From positions 992,001 to 1,056,000 of the forward strand of contig CP060757.1 of the NCBI GenBank assembly GCA_023205875.1: DNA of 64,000 nucleotides, written 5' to 3'. The notes under the pieces are model-generated. The model had not been told where the DNA came from and ran no database searches. It saw only the letters and a program-made list of their open reading frames with translations. Every line of letters starts with the position of its first letter. The stretch's first letter is position 1. Both the position numbers and the translations under genes were made by a program. Shown here one piece after another: positions 9,957 through 22,480 of the stretch. The stretch is from Chloropicon primus (taxonomy: Eukaryota).

Positions 9957-11255
<1,299 letters not shown>

Positions 11256-11407
11256 TTAACAAGCCCTTGATGTTAATAAAGCAAGAGTTGAAACCACGAA
11301 GTTTTTCCTCCGCTCTCAACCGCTTTCCGTCCTCGTTCCCGTTCGTCGCCCGCCCCAGCCCTTGAGAGGAGCATCAGACGGGACGAAAGCGGAAGCTGAG
11401 AGGACTG

Positions 11408-13651
11408 ATGAAGGCGGAAGGGTGCGAGTTCGCGTTCGCGTCCGCGGCGGACGTGGCGGAGGTGACGCCCAAGGCCTGGGCGGAGGGCTTGCTCAATCTG
11501 GGAGGCCCGAGCTCCTACAGTGCGCGACGGGGGCACCTTTACGTCATTGGAAAGGGCGGCGAGATCTGTGTTTTGGACGTGAAGCAGGAGAGCAGGAAAA
11601 GGAGGGATGCCCTCGGGGAGGCAAAGGAGGGAGCGAAGGAGTCTTTTGAGATCGACATCGCGGAGAGCGGAACCCGACTCGTGCCGGAGGAGAGGCTTCC
11701 TGAGGGCTTCCTGGCGACTTCTGTCGAGGCAAGCCCAATTTCCAGCCCTTACGAGCAGCGCTTGGCTATCTGTGGCCTCGTCGCACCGGAGGGTTGTTCC
11801 GGCACGGTCTCGACGGCCCTCTTTCTGGCATCGGTGAACCCGCTCCAGGCCAGGAGGAAGGCGCCAAAGGCCTCCACCGCGAAAGTGGAGAGGTCTGAGG
11901 GCAATTACTCGGTCAGGAAAATTCATGACAACTTCCAGGGCAGCGAGCACCTTAACGTGTTGAAGTTCTTGTGGCACCCGAAGAGCGCCAACCACTTGGT
12001 GGCTCTGCTGGAGAATCCATTGACTCACGAGTCGTTCCTCCACGTGTACAACGTCAAGGACGGGGAAGGAGAGGACCTTGCAACCCCGGAGCAGAAGTTT
12101 TGTCTGAGGGCCTCGGGCCACGGGCTTGGATATGGCATGGTGAAGGTCAAGAAGGAGCACAGGTTTGTTGATTTTACTTTTGGAACGCTCTCCGGATGGG
12201 CCTCGCAGGTCGCCTTCCTGACCACGCAATCGGGCGACGTGTTCTGCCTTGGGCCACTTCGACCCTTTCCCTCGGGTTCTCCTCAGAACGGCGGGTCGCC
12301 TTCAAGACAAGAAGGGCACGACGAAGGCGGAGAATTGGTGACGGTGCCGCAGCTGTACGGCCCTTTGGAGGCTTGCAGTCGGGAGTCCGACGACGAGGAC
12401 GGAGAAGCCCACTTGTCTGCTGGGGGAGCCGCTGCAACCTCCATCACGTGCATATCAGCGGGATCGAACTGCATTGTGCTCCTCCTGAGCTTTAGAAATG
12501 GAATGATACGCTGCTACGTCGTGATGGGCGATCTGAGGCCAGAGATTTCGGAGCAGAACGCTTACAACGACCTCCTTCGGATGTCCGCCTCCCTGAACGC
12601 TGTGGAGTGCGCGGACATCCAAATTCTTTTGATCGACAGAATCGACGGGGGCGAGAACGGAAGGGTTGTGTTGGACAGCATAGAACCGGAGAACTTCTTC
12701 CTAGTTCAGGGCAAAGAGGTGTTTCGAGTGTCGCTTTGCTGGCTGAGGAGCCTTAGCCAATGGCTCATGGATCTGCTCGATGAGGAGGGTGGGGAGGTCA
12801 GGGACCTGGATATGCCCCCGCCAGTCGTGTCCAAGGTGTACGGCGGCAAGGGGGAGAACATAACTTTCGGGGAAATGATAAGCAACAGAATTGACCCTCA
12901 CATAGCATTCGGTGTCAGCAAGGGGAGGGTCTGCATCTTGCAGGTTCAGGATCTAGAAGTCGAGACGTCTGACAGCTTGAGACCGTCCGTTTCCTTTGAC
13001 ATCAACAGCCTGGAGTGTTCCACCGCTGAGATGGACAAGTGGTACGATAGTCTTCCTCTTTCAGACAAAGAGGCCGAGCTCAAGTGGCAAAAGAGGGCCG
13101 GGAGCATCACGATGCCGTTGAACGAGTACCTGCACGACAGCATCACGAACTTGAAAGAAGGCTACATTGAGAGAATGCACAAGACTGCGAAAGACCTGAA
13201 CGAGAGGCTCAAGGTCCTCAAGGACTCGGGAATTGAGGAGATCGGACGGGCAAAGGAGATTGAGAAAAGCTTGGCGCAGTTCAACAAGGGGCAGAAGGAT
13301 AGCAGAGACAAGATTCAAGAGACAGTGGAGAAACAGACCATGCTGATGGACAAGGCAAAGAAAGTTCGGGAGCTGATTTCTATCAGTCAAGTCCGGCTTT
13401 CCGCAAAGGAGGTGAGCTTCTCCGAGGAGCTGAGGGACATGGAAGGGGCCTGCGCTCAGCTTGAAGAGAGGATAAAGAAAATCAAGTCCCAGATCCAGAG
13501 GGGGCACACGCAAGCACTTCAGAAGGGCTCGCTCACCCAGTACATTCGCCAACTGCCGAAAGTCAGGAGCATCCTGGAGGAAGACGCGGCAACGGTCAAG
13601 AGGAACATCGCCAAAGTCTTTGAGATAAAGAAGGTGTTGGATTCAATGTAA
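11408..13651 (+). CDS. NUP88: Nucleoporin Nup88/Nup82 (MOS7)-like
   Basis: N-terminal beta-propeller-like region with KFLWHPKS...HLVAL and VDFTFG...W...FLTTQSGDVFCLGP, then a long C-terminal coiled coil. Confidence 0.65.
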   Translation: MKAEGCEFAFASAADVAEVTPKAWAEGLLNLGGPSSYSARRGHLYVIGKGGEICVLDVKQESRKRRDALGEAKEGAKESFEIDIAESGTRLVPEERLPEGFLATSVEASPISSPYEQRLAICGLVAPEGCSGTVSTALFLASVNPLQARRKAPKASTAKVERSEGNYSVRKIHDNFQGSEHLNVLKFLWHPKSANHLVALLENPLTHESFLHVYNVKDGEGEDLATPEQKFCLRASGHGLGYGMVKVKKEHRFVDFTFGTLSGWASQVAFLTTQSGDVFCLGPLRPFPSGSPQNGGSPSRQEGHDEGGELVTVPQLYGPLEACSRESDDEDGEAHLSAGGAAATSITCISAGSNCIVLLLSFRNGMIRCYVVMGDLRPEISEQNAYNDLLRMSASLNAVECADIQILLIDRIDGGENGRVVLDSIEPENFFLVQGKEVFRVSLCWLRSLSQWLMDLLDEEGGEVRDLDMPPPVVSKVYGGKGENITFGEMISNRIDPHIAFGVSKGRVCILQVQDLEVETSDSLRPSVSFDINSLECSTAEMDKWYDSLPLSDKEAELKWQKRAGSITMPLNEYLHDSITNLKEGYIERMHKTAKDLNERLKVLKDSGIEEIGRAKEIEKSLAQFNKGQKDSRDKIQETVEKQTMLMDKAKKVRELISISQVRLSAKEVSFSEELRDMEGACAQLEERIKKIKSQIQRGHTQALQKGSLTQYIRQLPKVRSILEEDAATVKRNIAKVFEIKKVLDSM

Positions 13652-13701
13652 TGTGTTTATTCGATCTTTTTTTCTTCGCTGCCACACCACTTTCGCGCCA
13701 G

Positions 13702-14709
13702 CTAGTTCCAAAGCGGACCATTGAGATCCATGTCAGCCAAAGAGACTCTCTCCTCCCCTTGGTTCCCAACGCAGTCGATGATCTTGTCGACACCAATGTC
13801 GTCAAAGGGTTCGCTCTCCGTGTATATGCTGAGGGTGACAATGCACTTCATTCCCGCCGACTTGGCAGCCTGTGCTCCTATCCTCGAGTCCTCGATCACG
13901 ACGCAGTCCTTCGTCTGCGCCTTCCAACCGTCCCCAAGCATCTCCTTCGCGGCAAGCTCGTACACAGCAGGATCAGGCTTCTTCTTGGGCACGATGTCTC
14001 CCGCGAATATTGGGATGTCATCCAAAGTCACTCCGAGAGGCTCGCCAGCGTTCAGCACCGAGTTCAGCACCGCCCTCACGGCCTTCTCGTTCGAGGTGCT
14101 GCAGATCGCCATCCGGACTCCCGCTTTGGCTGCCTCTCCGATAATTCTGCGGATGCCTGGCCTCGGAGGCATCTTGTTGGCGTTCACCATGTCCATCATG
14201 ATCTCGGTTTTCAGCGCGTGGAGGTCCTTGGCGAGCTCGTCCAGCCCGCCAGCCTCCTCCACGACCTTCTTCATCTCCTCGTCCCCCTCGCTTATCCTGT
14301 TCGAGAAGTCGTGCTTCATCCTCTCCTTCCCGCCACCGACTTCGAGGAGCTTGCCGTAGAGCTCCACGTCCCAGTTCAAGGACGACGGCAGACCCTTCTG
14401 CACGAAGGCCTCGTTGAAAGCGACCCTATGGCCATCGCGCTCGGTCTCCACGAGAACTCCGTCGCAGTCGAAGAGGAGAAGGGTGGGCTTCGTCCCGGCG
14501 TGCGCGACCACGCCCTGCCTCTCGCCCGAGGATCTCCAATTCCGGGAGGAGAACAACGAGCTCGGCTTGATCCCGTTCCCTGCAGAGGCCGTGCGAACGG
14601 ACACGCCCGGTATCCTCAGCCTGCTTTCCCGGGCCACCGCAGGACGCCTCGCGGCCGTGCTCACCACCGAGGTCCCCCCCCTCGCTACTCCTGTGCACTT
14701 CGCTGCCAT
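13702..14709 (-). CDS. CBBY: Plastid CbbY-like HAD phosphatase
   Basis: Transit peptide, then LLFDCDGVLVETERDGHRVAFN, GGGKERM, CSTSNEKAV, KKKPDPAVY and VVIEDSRIG. Confidence 0.9.
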   Translation of the reverse strand: MAAKCTGVARGGTSVVSTAARRPAVARESRLRIPGVSVRTASAGNGIKPSSLFSSRNWRSSGERQGVVAHAGTKPTLLLFDCDGVLVETERDGHRVAFNEAFVQKGLPSSLNWDVELYGKLLEVGGGKERMKHDFSNRISEGDEEMKKVVEEAGGLDELAKDLHALKTEIMMDMVNANKMPPRPGIRRIIGEAAKAGVRMAICSTSNEKAVRAVLNSVLNAGEPLGVTLDDIPIFAGDIVPKKKPDPAVYELAAKEMLGDGWKAQTKDCVVIEDSRIGAQAAKSAGMKCIVTLSIYTESEPFDDIGVDKIIDCVGNQGEERVSLADMDLNGPLWN

Positions 14710-14912
14710 GGCGTTTCTTCTGAGCCGCAGGTTCTTTGATTGGATCGAGATCTTCTCCTCTAGAGATCGAGATTGCTCTGAAGATGAGTTGGGGGGTCGC
14801 GCGACGACCCAGGTGCGGGTCTCTCTTCCTCTTGTGTGTAGTGTATACTGTAGATTACAAAATCGTGAGCGAGTAGTTCCTTCGTCGTACTTTCGCGAGG
14901 ACGTCAAAGACG

Positions 14913-15875
14913 TCAAAGAAGTTGGGCCTGCCTTTGCCTTTCCAGTCTCTGCTTCCAGTAAAGTGGCAAAGGCACTTTTATGCCCATCTTGTACACGACG
15001 CTGGCGTGCATGAAGTAGATGAGGGCCACGTAGAGGCACGAGGTGAAGATGGCCAGGCCGATGAAAGTGCCCGCCAGCAGACCCGTGGGCAGGGGGAACT
15101 GGAGATAAGGCAGCCCCAAGACGGAAAAGAACTGCTCGAAGAGGTTCTCTATCCCGCTGAAGATGAGGGCCAGGATGTTGTCGCCGATCAGCCAAGAGAT
15201 GAGGAAGATCGAGCCTATCAAACCCACCACCCTCGATACCGCGGTGACCAAAATGATGAGAAGCCAGCCCTTGCTGCTCACGTCTTGCCCCTTTTTCGAC
15301 ATCTTGCCCCAGAACGTGGCCAGGACGGTCGAGTACAAGCCGTGGACGCACACGAAGGACATCGCTCGAACGGGCCCGAACAGCACGGTCATCAGCACCG
15401 CTATCAGCCCGAGGGTCCCCCAGCTCGACCTCGCCCCGTGCCTGACACCCATCAATATTATAGGCAGCGGGAGAAGATAGCCCATGTACCCCTCCAGACG
15501 GAAGCTAATCCCAACCAGGTACAGCAAAGCCGTGAGTGCTGAGAACATGGACCTCTCCGTCAGGCTCTTCACTCTCTCCCACTCCACGGCACTCACGCCA
15601 ATGCTCCCCCCCTCCCGGCCACCACTCAGCGACCTCGCAGTAGTCGCGACCTCCGACCTCCTTCGCCTCCCCTCCGGCCGCTGGAACCTGCAGAGGAGGA
15701 GTCCGCCCCTCGCCGCTTCCGTCGGCCTCGCGCTTCCCAAGCGAGCTGCCGCACCACTCCGTCGCCGCCGCCCTTGCGACCCGATCCTCGCGTCCCCCCG
15801 TGGCAGCACCAGGGGCCCACTCCCCGTCACTAAACCAACGTTATCCATCCAGCCGTGGCGGTCGAGCCTCGCCAT
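14913..15875 (-). CDS. Multi-pass membrane protein, DUF2232-like, probably plastid-targeted
   Basis: Arg/Ser-rich N-terminal extension, then hydrophobic helices (LTERSMFSALTALL...LLPLPII...RHG...GPVRA...HG). The start codon is uncertain. Confidence 0.6.
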   Translation of the reverse strand: MARLDRHGWMDNVGLVTGSGPLVLPRGDARIGSQGRRRRSGAAARLGSARPTEAARGGLLLCRFQRPEGRRRRSEVATTARSLSGGREGGSIGVSAVEWERVKSLTERSMFSALTALLYLVGISFRLEGYMGYLLPLPIILMGVRHGARSSWGTLGLIAVLMTVLFGPVRAMSFVCVHGLYSTVLATFWGKMSKKGQDVSSKGWLLIILVTAVSRVVGLIGSIFLISWLIGDNILALIFSGIENLFEQFFSVLGLPYLQFPLPTGLLAGTFIGLAIFTSCLYVALIYFMHASVVYKMGIKVPLPLYWKQRLERQRQAQLL

Positions 15876-16090
15876 CTCCTCTCTCTCCTCGCAGTCCTAG
15901 CTGACGCTTGTCCTTCCCGCTAGCGAGGACTGGGGTGAAAAAAGGGAAAGAGGCCTTCTACGCATCCACCCCTCGTCTTCCCCCCCTCACTGCACGACCT
16001 CGCCGCCCAGTCGTCGTCACCAAACACGCACACAGACACACGTCCCTGTCTCTCCCTCACCAACTCATGAGCTCATTTCTGAACTAGGCG

Positions 16091-18053
16091 ATGGAGGCCA
16101 GAGGCCGAGGAGGCCGCAAGAGGCCGGTGAGCATCGTGAGGGACCAGGGACAATATGAATCCGTCTGTGGTTACTGCGGCGAGGAGAGCACGACCAGAAA
16201 CAGGGGTATGCTTGCGGACAAGCTGTCGCACGTTCACTACCAGGTGAGTTTTCCACGACGACTAGAACCCATTCTAGGTTCGGACGAGAGAGGGGAGGAC
16301 TACTGGGGAGGAAAAGGGGCGGTTGCTCCCGGTGTCGCCGTCGCCCTCACCCGTCGCGACCACTCATCGATCGTGCACGCCCGTTACCTGACTCGTGGGT
16401 CTTCGTATCCTTGGACAAACACAGTTGCTGCTGGACAGAATGTGGCGAAGGTGCGGGAAACTGCTGTACCGGACTGATGTCGAGGGGTATCGCTGGTGCT
16501 GCTGCCCCCCGTACAGCATCAGGGTCGACGCGAACAAGTTCAAGATTTCCAAGAGGCAGAAGAAGGCTCTGAGGAGGTTCAGGTCTTACCTGAACGGGGA
16601 GTGGGAGCCGAGAGCGGGTTCTGGGCTCCAGGCAGCAGGGGATGTGGACATGACCGAAGCCAAACAGGGTCAAGAGGGAGCAGCTGGGAAGAAGGGAAAG
16701 GGCTGGGGGGACTGTTGCCAAGACTGCACAAAGGTCCAGGCCGCGTGCCAGGGCATCTGGCAGGAGTGCGTTCTCCCAGCCATACAGGGGTACGCCGCAG
16801 AGAGAGGTCTCGGGTGCGACGCGGAAAGCATCAGCCAGCTGGCCAAGACAACGAGAAGGGCAAACAGGAAAATCGAGATGGGGTATGCGAAGGACAAAGG
16901 CAAGCACCTGAAGGTTTTCTGCTCCTCGGTAAGCTTCCGACTGGCGAGGGATTGGGGCAAGGCTCTAAAGAGCGCAAACGAGATCGCAGAGGGGCTGGGC
17001 ACGTTTTTGACCGGTAACAGGATAGGATTCGAGACCCTGGAAAAGGGGGGCTTGGGTATTCGAATCACGGGGGTTGAAGCCAAGTCTGGGTTCCTGAACT
17101 TTGTCGCAAACCTGGCTGACGAGGACTCCCTTTCCTGCAGCTGCGAGAGGAACGGTGGAAAGAAGAAAAAGGCAACGCAGCACAACGCCGTTGAGGAGGG
17201 TCCTCCCAAGAGGACCCTGACCATGGAGATGATGCCATCAACCTTCCTGCAGGAGGAATACGAACTGTTCTGCAGGTACCAGCAGTCCGTGCACAAGGAC
17301 AAGGAGAATGATGTGGAGAGCTACAAGGGTTTTCTAGTGGAGACTCCGATTGAATACGAAAGTGTACAAGGCTGCTCTTCCTCCTCAAGGCAATCGAATC
17401 GGGATTCGCCTCCAAGCGTGCACATGCCTTGCGAGATCCCTGCATTCCAGGGCTATGGGGCCTTTCACCAACAGTACAGGATCGATGGCAAGCTCGTGGC
17501 AGTAGGCGTGGTTGACGTCATGGCAAATTGCCTGTCTTCCAAGTACTTTTTCTGGGATCCCGACTACGCCTTCCTTGAGCTTGGGAAGATATCATCCCTT
17601 GCAGAGATAGATTTTGTGAAGTTGGCCCACCGGGAGCAGAGGGGGTTGCATTACTATTATCAAGGCTTTTACATTCACACGTGCCCGAAGATGGCGTACA
17701 AGGCGGACTACAAGCCTGCAGAGCTCCTTTGTCCAACCTCTTTGACTTGGGTGAATTTCGACGAGGGGCTGAGGCAGAAGATGAAGCAGAGTCAGGGACG
17801 AATGCTGGTGCTCGCGGAGTCTGGTTTCCAGGGGCTTTACCAGGACGAGGAAAAGAGATGTGCCCAGTTGGTGGAAGAATTCACTCGCCTTGGAGACCTC
17901 AAGTGCATGCTGCACGACAAGTTCGTTCTCTTCCGAAGCCTCCTGGAGTGGGCCAAGGGAGATTACAAAGAGATGTTGAAGATTCAGGCAGGCAAGTGGA
18001 TGGCATCCTGCGGTTCAGAAGCATCCAGCGGTATGATTTACAAGTTGGCCTAA
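16091..18053 (+). CDS. ATE1: Arginyl-tRNA--protein transferase; exons 16091-16243 and 16425-18053
   Basis: CGYC, YQ|LLLDRMWRRCGKLLY, CCPPYSIR, YQQSVHKD, GAFHQQYRIDGKLVAVGVVD, SSKYFFWDPDY and YIHTCPKMAYKADY. Confidence 0.93.
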
Positions 18054-18108
18054 GCTTTCTTTCGGATGTTTTGCCATTAATTAAAGGTATTTATTTTTCT
18101 AAACTCAA

Positions 18109-19518
18109 TCAATAGAGGACCTCAATCCCGTGGCGCCACTCTCTTTGCCTTTGCCACTGCATGCGGCCATTGGTGGACTCTGCAAAGTAGCTCAAGAACA
18201 GACTCTCAAGGTCTTTGCACTTCTCCTGCAGCTGTCTCACCTGCGTCTCCTCGAGAGAGCTGTAAAGATCTAATTCTATGTGATTCAGGGTCCCCGTGAA
18301 GTCCGGCACGCCAAGGGCCTCGAGCAACTTATCGAAGTTCCTAGCCTGGGAAATCTGCAAGGTCTGCAGCCCCCTAAAGTGGGACAAGGACTCGCAGCCG
18401 TCCACGCCACCTCCTAGAGTCCCGTCGATCCTACAGAAAGTCGGGTTGGCTACTCTCAGGCTCTTGAGCTTGGGGAAAGCCCTCGCGCAAAACCCAAGGG
18501 AGTCCTCTGACACGGTCCAGGGCTCCAGGTAGAGGTGTTCGAGCGCTGAGCACACGCGTCCGCCCTCCCCCCAACCCCCCAGAATTTCTAGGTGCTCTTG
18601 GGTGAAGAACTGATGGTCCAGCCACTCATAGTGCTTCTTGAGGCTTTGGCACTTGAGCTCGTCCGGCTCCACCAGCTTGATGGTGAGCTCAGAAACCTTG
18701 GGCATCTGCTGCGCGAGAGCTGACAAAATTCCTTCCAAGTCACGAGGATGAAACACGTGGTGGAGCACGAGCTCCACCCTTTCCAAGAATGGGCAAAAAG
18801 TGCTGAGATTTGCAAAGCCTGACCCTGTCAGCCTCGCGCACCCGCACTCGTCGATGCACTTGGTGCTTTTAACGTGTTGCGAGCGGCTCTCTTCGCTGAT
18901 CTGGCCTGCTATCTTGATCGGCGAGGCTGAATTGTCCTCAATGGGCGACAGCACTGAGAGGGATCTCGTCGCTCGCTCGATCTTCTTCGCGCAGACGTGA
19001 GACACCACGAGCCTCCTGAGGTTGGGGCAAGACCCCAGTATGCTCTGCAACTTGCCATCGTCAAGGGAGAAGGAGTTCACCGACACGCTTGCGAGGAGAT
19101 GGCCCAACGCTTCGAGCTGAGGAATGACTTTCCCGACCAAGGTTTCTCGCGTTTTCGCGACGAGTATCGTTCTCTCCGGGGAAGGCGTCTTCGGCGAGCA
19201 CTGCTGAGACAGCTCCGTCTGCGTTGCGCTCTGCTGCCGAGGACCCGGCGTCCCTGCCTCGCTCTGCGCCCCCCTGGCACAAAGATTCGAGCCCTCCGCG
19301 TCCCTGAGTGTCTCAAAGTCGCTCCACTCGAACCCATCGAACGTCTCGACAAGGACTCCTGTCTCGGCCTCCCCACCCCCACCCAGAACCTGCCACTGCG
19401 CCGCGTCCTTCGTCGCCCTCCTCCAGTGCTTGCACACCCCTGCAGCGGCAACGACGTCCTTCCACGAGGACGCGTACCGGAGCGTGTGCCCTATCACCTC
19501 GTTCGGCAAGTCCTCCAT
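18109..19518 (-). CDS. F-box/LRR (RNI-like) protein
   Basis: N-terminal F-box (DLPNEVIGHTL...VCKHWR) and repeated CPxLxxL LRR units. Confidence 0.75.
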   Translation of the reverse strand: MEDLPNEVIGHTLRYASSWKDVVAAAGVCKHWRRATKDAAQWQVLGGGGEAETGVLVETFDGFEWSDFETLRDAEGSNLCARGAQSEAGTPGPRQQSATQTELSQQCSPKTPSPERTILVAKTRETLVGKVIPQLEALGHLLASVSVNSFSLDDGKLQSILGSCPNLRRLVVSHVCAKKIERATRSLSVLSPIEDNSASPIKIAGQISEESRSQHVKSTKCIDECGCARLTGSGFANLSTFCPFLERVELVLHHVFHPRDLEGILSALAQQMPKVSELTIKLVEPDELKCQSLKKHYEWLDHQFFTQEHLEILGGWGEGGRVCSALEHLYLEPWTVSEDSLGFCARAFPKLKSLRVANPTFCRIDGTLGGGVDGCESLSHFRGLQTLQISQARNFDKLLEALGVPDFTGTLNHIELDLYSSLEETQVRQLQEKCKDLESLFLSYFAESTNGRMQWQRQREWRHGIEVLY

Positions 19519-19609
19519 CGCTCTCCTCTCCTCTCCTCTCCTCTCCTCTCCTCGTTGGACTTGCGAAGCCGTCTGTCAAGTTAAGGATTCAAAGTCGAGG
19601 AGGATCATC

Positions 19610-21116
19610 ATGGCGATGGGGTTGAGAGGGGTGTTGCGGGGTTTAGGGAAGCCGGTAGGGGAGGCGAGGGGCCTGACGATAGGATTCGCACTCTTCCTCT
19701 TGGCATGCGAAGCGGCCTTGTGTTGCGCCATCGTTTGGAAGCAGCCGTACACGAAAATCGACTTTGATGCCTATATGCAGCAGGTCGAACTCTTCTTGGG
19801 AGGGGAGAGGGACTACCTGAAGATCAAGGGGGAGACGGGCCCTCTGGTGTATCCCGGGGGGTTTCTGTACGTGTTCTCGGCGATTAGGTACGCCACGGGA
19901 GGGGGACAGGTGTTCCCGGCGCAAGTCATCTTCGGCGTGTTGTATCTCCTCAGTCAGGCCGTTGTGATGTGCATCTACATAAGCGCGGGGAACGTGCCAG
20001 TTTGGGCCTTGGGACTTCTCTGCCTATCAAAGAGGTATCGTGCTCTCGATTCTCCATTGCTCCTCCTCGTGACGTGACTGAGGCGTTTAACCCGGAAAAG
20101 TCAACTGATACCTTTTTGCGTGTTTCCCCTCTCCCCACCTCTCTCTCCTCATCCTCGGCACCAACAGGTACCACTCCATATTTGTGCTGCGCTTATTCAA
20201 TGACTGCTTCGCCATGTTCTTCGGCTTTCTGGCGATTCACTTGTGCCAGAGGTCCAAGCTCCTTTGGGCGGCTCTTGCTATGAGCGTGGGCATCTCCATC
20301 AAGATGAACTTGCTGCTGATGCTGCCGGGGTTCTTGCTGTTGTTGGTGAAAGGGACAACCCTGCCCAAGCAAATTTTCGGCGTGGTGCTGATGATTGGCG
20401 TCCAGTTTCTCGTCGCCATGCCCTTTGCCGCGGCTGGCTACTCTTCATCTTACCTGGCCAAGGCGTTTGAGTTCTCCCGCGTCTTCATTCACCACTGGAC
20501 TGTGAACTTCAAGTTTCTTCCGGAAGAGGTCTTCGTGTCAACAGGGTTCGCAAAGCTGCTGCTGGGCTTGCACCTGGCCATTCTCTTCGCCTTTGCCCAC
20601 CTGAGGTGGTGCAGGAAGGACGGAGGGGTGTTTCAGGTGATCAAAAAGTGGTCCATCGCCTCAGCAGTCAGCGTGCTCCCCCTGGTCGGCGTGACCTTGA
20701 GTGTGAGCAAGGCCAAGAAGCTTGACCAGAGGGGGAATCTCGATCCAAATTACGTCGCGGATGTCATGTTCGGTTGCAACTTCGTGGGAATACTTTGTGC
20801 CCGCTCGCTGCATTACCAGTTTTATTCGTGGTACTTTCCCACCATGGTCTATTTGCTGTTTTCTGCGAGAGGTGAGGGAGGTCCAACTCGATCGATTTTT
20901 GGCTCCTAGTGGTCGTTCGCTGACACTGACTCTGCGTCTTCTTCGCCAGGGATTCCTGCATTTGGAAAGGTTCTCTTGCTTCTCCTCATTGAAGTCTCCT
21001 TCAACGTCTTCCCGTCCACTCCAGGGTCCTCGGCACTTCTGACAGCGTGTCACGTGACCTTGACGGTTGGCTACTTTCTCAGCACCTTCAAGGCTGGGAA
21101 AGCGAAGAGAGTCTAA
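19610..21116 (+). CDS. ALG3: Dol-P-Man alpha-1,3-mannosyltransferase ALG3; exons 19610-20034, 20168-20871, 20950-21116
   Basis: PYTKIDFDAYMQQV, GETGPLVYPGGF, spliced SKR|YHSIFVLRLFND, WTVNFKF, ARSLHYQFYSWY, EVSFNVFPST, and a C-terminal KAKRV (KxKxx ER retrieval). Confidence 0.93.
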
Positions 21117-21481
21117 ACGCGCGAGGCAACTCGATCGTTTCATGTTGTACAATAGTCGAGCCACCTCCACACACACACACCACACTTGTAATGTATTGCT
21201 CTTGCTCTCATTATCTTGTCCTCCATGCTGCTGCGCAAGACATTCATTTCGTTCCTTGAAAACAGCCTAGATCGGGACCGCGCTGCCGGAGGGGCGAAGG
21301 CGAAGCGGCGAGGAGCGCGCTGTCCGTCGAAGGTCTTGGCAGCCACCAGCATCAGTTTTCTGGCCTGAGCGGGACCACGCCTTTGCGCTCGAGGCCTGCA
21401 TTGCTGCTGTTTCACAACGGCGAGCTTCGGTTCTCTATGATCAGACCGAGTCGGTGAGACTGAGGTGGAAAAGGAGACGGT

Positions 21482-22318
21482 ATGCGAGGGGAACGGAGCG
21501 CCGTCACGGTCGTTGCCGTACTTGTTTTGATTGCGGCGGCCGCACCCGTCGCGCTGGCGGTGGACCGGCACAAGGAGGTTGTGGTGTATACCCCGGAGAA
21601 TGACTCGGACTGGAAGCTCAAGTGCTCGAGGGAGAAGTCCAGGATGGTGCGGAGGGTCTTGAACGAGTTCGTCTTCCCTCACCTGGCGAAGGCTCAGGTC
21701 AATTTCACCCTGTCCTGCCCCCTGGCGACGCAGAGGGACGTGTACTACGAGCACGAGGCGAACAAGCAGAAGTTTAGGGCGAGTTATTGGAAGAGCTTGT
21801 ACTCGAACAAGATCTTCAAGTCTGAGCACTTCATCGACCAGCACATGGAGAACAGGCACATGGACAAGATACCAGCGACCGCGGATGTTTGCCTGGCCGA
21901 CAGGTGCGACGTCTTTCTGTGCGACGAGTACGCCCTCTCCTTCTACGAGGCTCTTGGGTTGCCCCAGAAGAGAATGAGGAGCAAGTTTGTCAAGAAGCCC
22001 TGCGACGACGGAGCCATGGGTTCGGCCCAGAACGAGTGCAGGCGCCTGCTCGAGACTTGCTTCAGGGACCTGGAGAGGCCCAAGTTGTACGAATTTTTCG
22101 AGCAGAACGTCTGCTCCCGGTTGGAGTGCAAGAGCTTCCACACCATCCTTCCCAACTTGAACTCCCAGAGGCCGGACCGGTATCGGGTTCTGTACATCAC
22201 CTTCTCCGTGATCGTCGCCCTCATCCTGCTTAGCTACTACATAGTCGTCTTCCTCACCTGGTCGGAGCGAAGGCAGCGGCCGGACCTGAGGAAGCGGAGG
22301 ATCAGGAAGCTGAATTGA
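21482..22318 (+). CDS. Type I membrane/secretory protein of the plant C2H2-like (CSRERSR) family
   Basis: Signal peptide, CSREKSR, KIFKSEHFIDQHMENRH, CLADRCDVFLCD, a C-terminal TM helix and a basic tail with DLRK. Confidence 0.65.
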   Translation: MRGERSAVTVVAVLVLIAAAAPVALAVDRHKEVVVYTPENDSDWKLKCSREKSRMVRRVLNEFVFPHLAKAQVNFTLSCPLATQRDVYYEHEANKQKFRASYWKSLYSNKIFKSEHFIDQHMENRHMDKIPATADVCLADRCDVFLCDEYALSFYEALGLPQKRMRSKFVKKPCDDGAMGSAQNECRRLLETCFRDLERPKLYEFFEQNVCSRLECKSFHTILPNLNSQRPDRYRVLYITFSVIVALILLSYYIVVFLTWSERRQRPDLRKRRIRKLN

Positions 22319-22480
22319 ACTGAACCAACACTCTTGTAACAACAACAACAAACGATTCATTGATCCACTTCCTCATCATCCACCCCCGACGCGCGCCATT
22401 GATCTCCCCCAATTTTTTTCCTGAAGGGAAGGGAAGAAGACGAAGACGGGGAGAGTTGGAGAGAGAGACAGATACGAAGA

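Noticed and set aside
13702..15351. 549-aa ORF as an extended CbbY or a fusion with the upstream membrane protein
   Set aside because: The upstream part is an alternative frame of the DUF2232-like gene plus spacer, and a minus-strand TGTAA at about 14855 separates the two genes.
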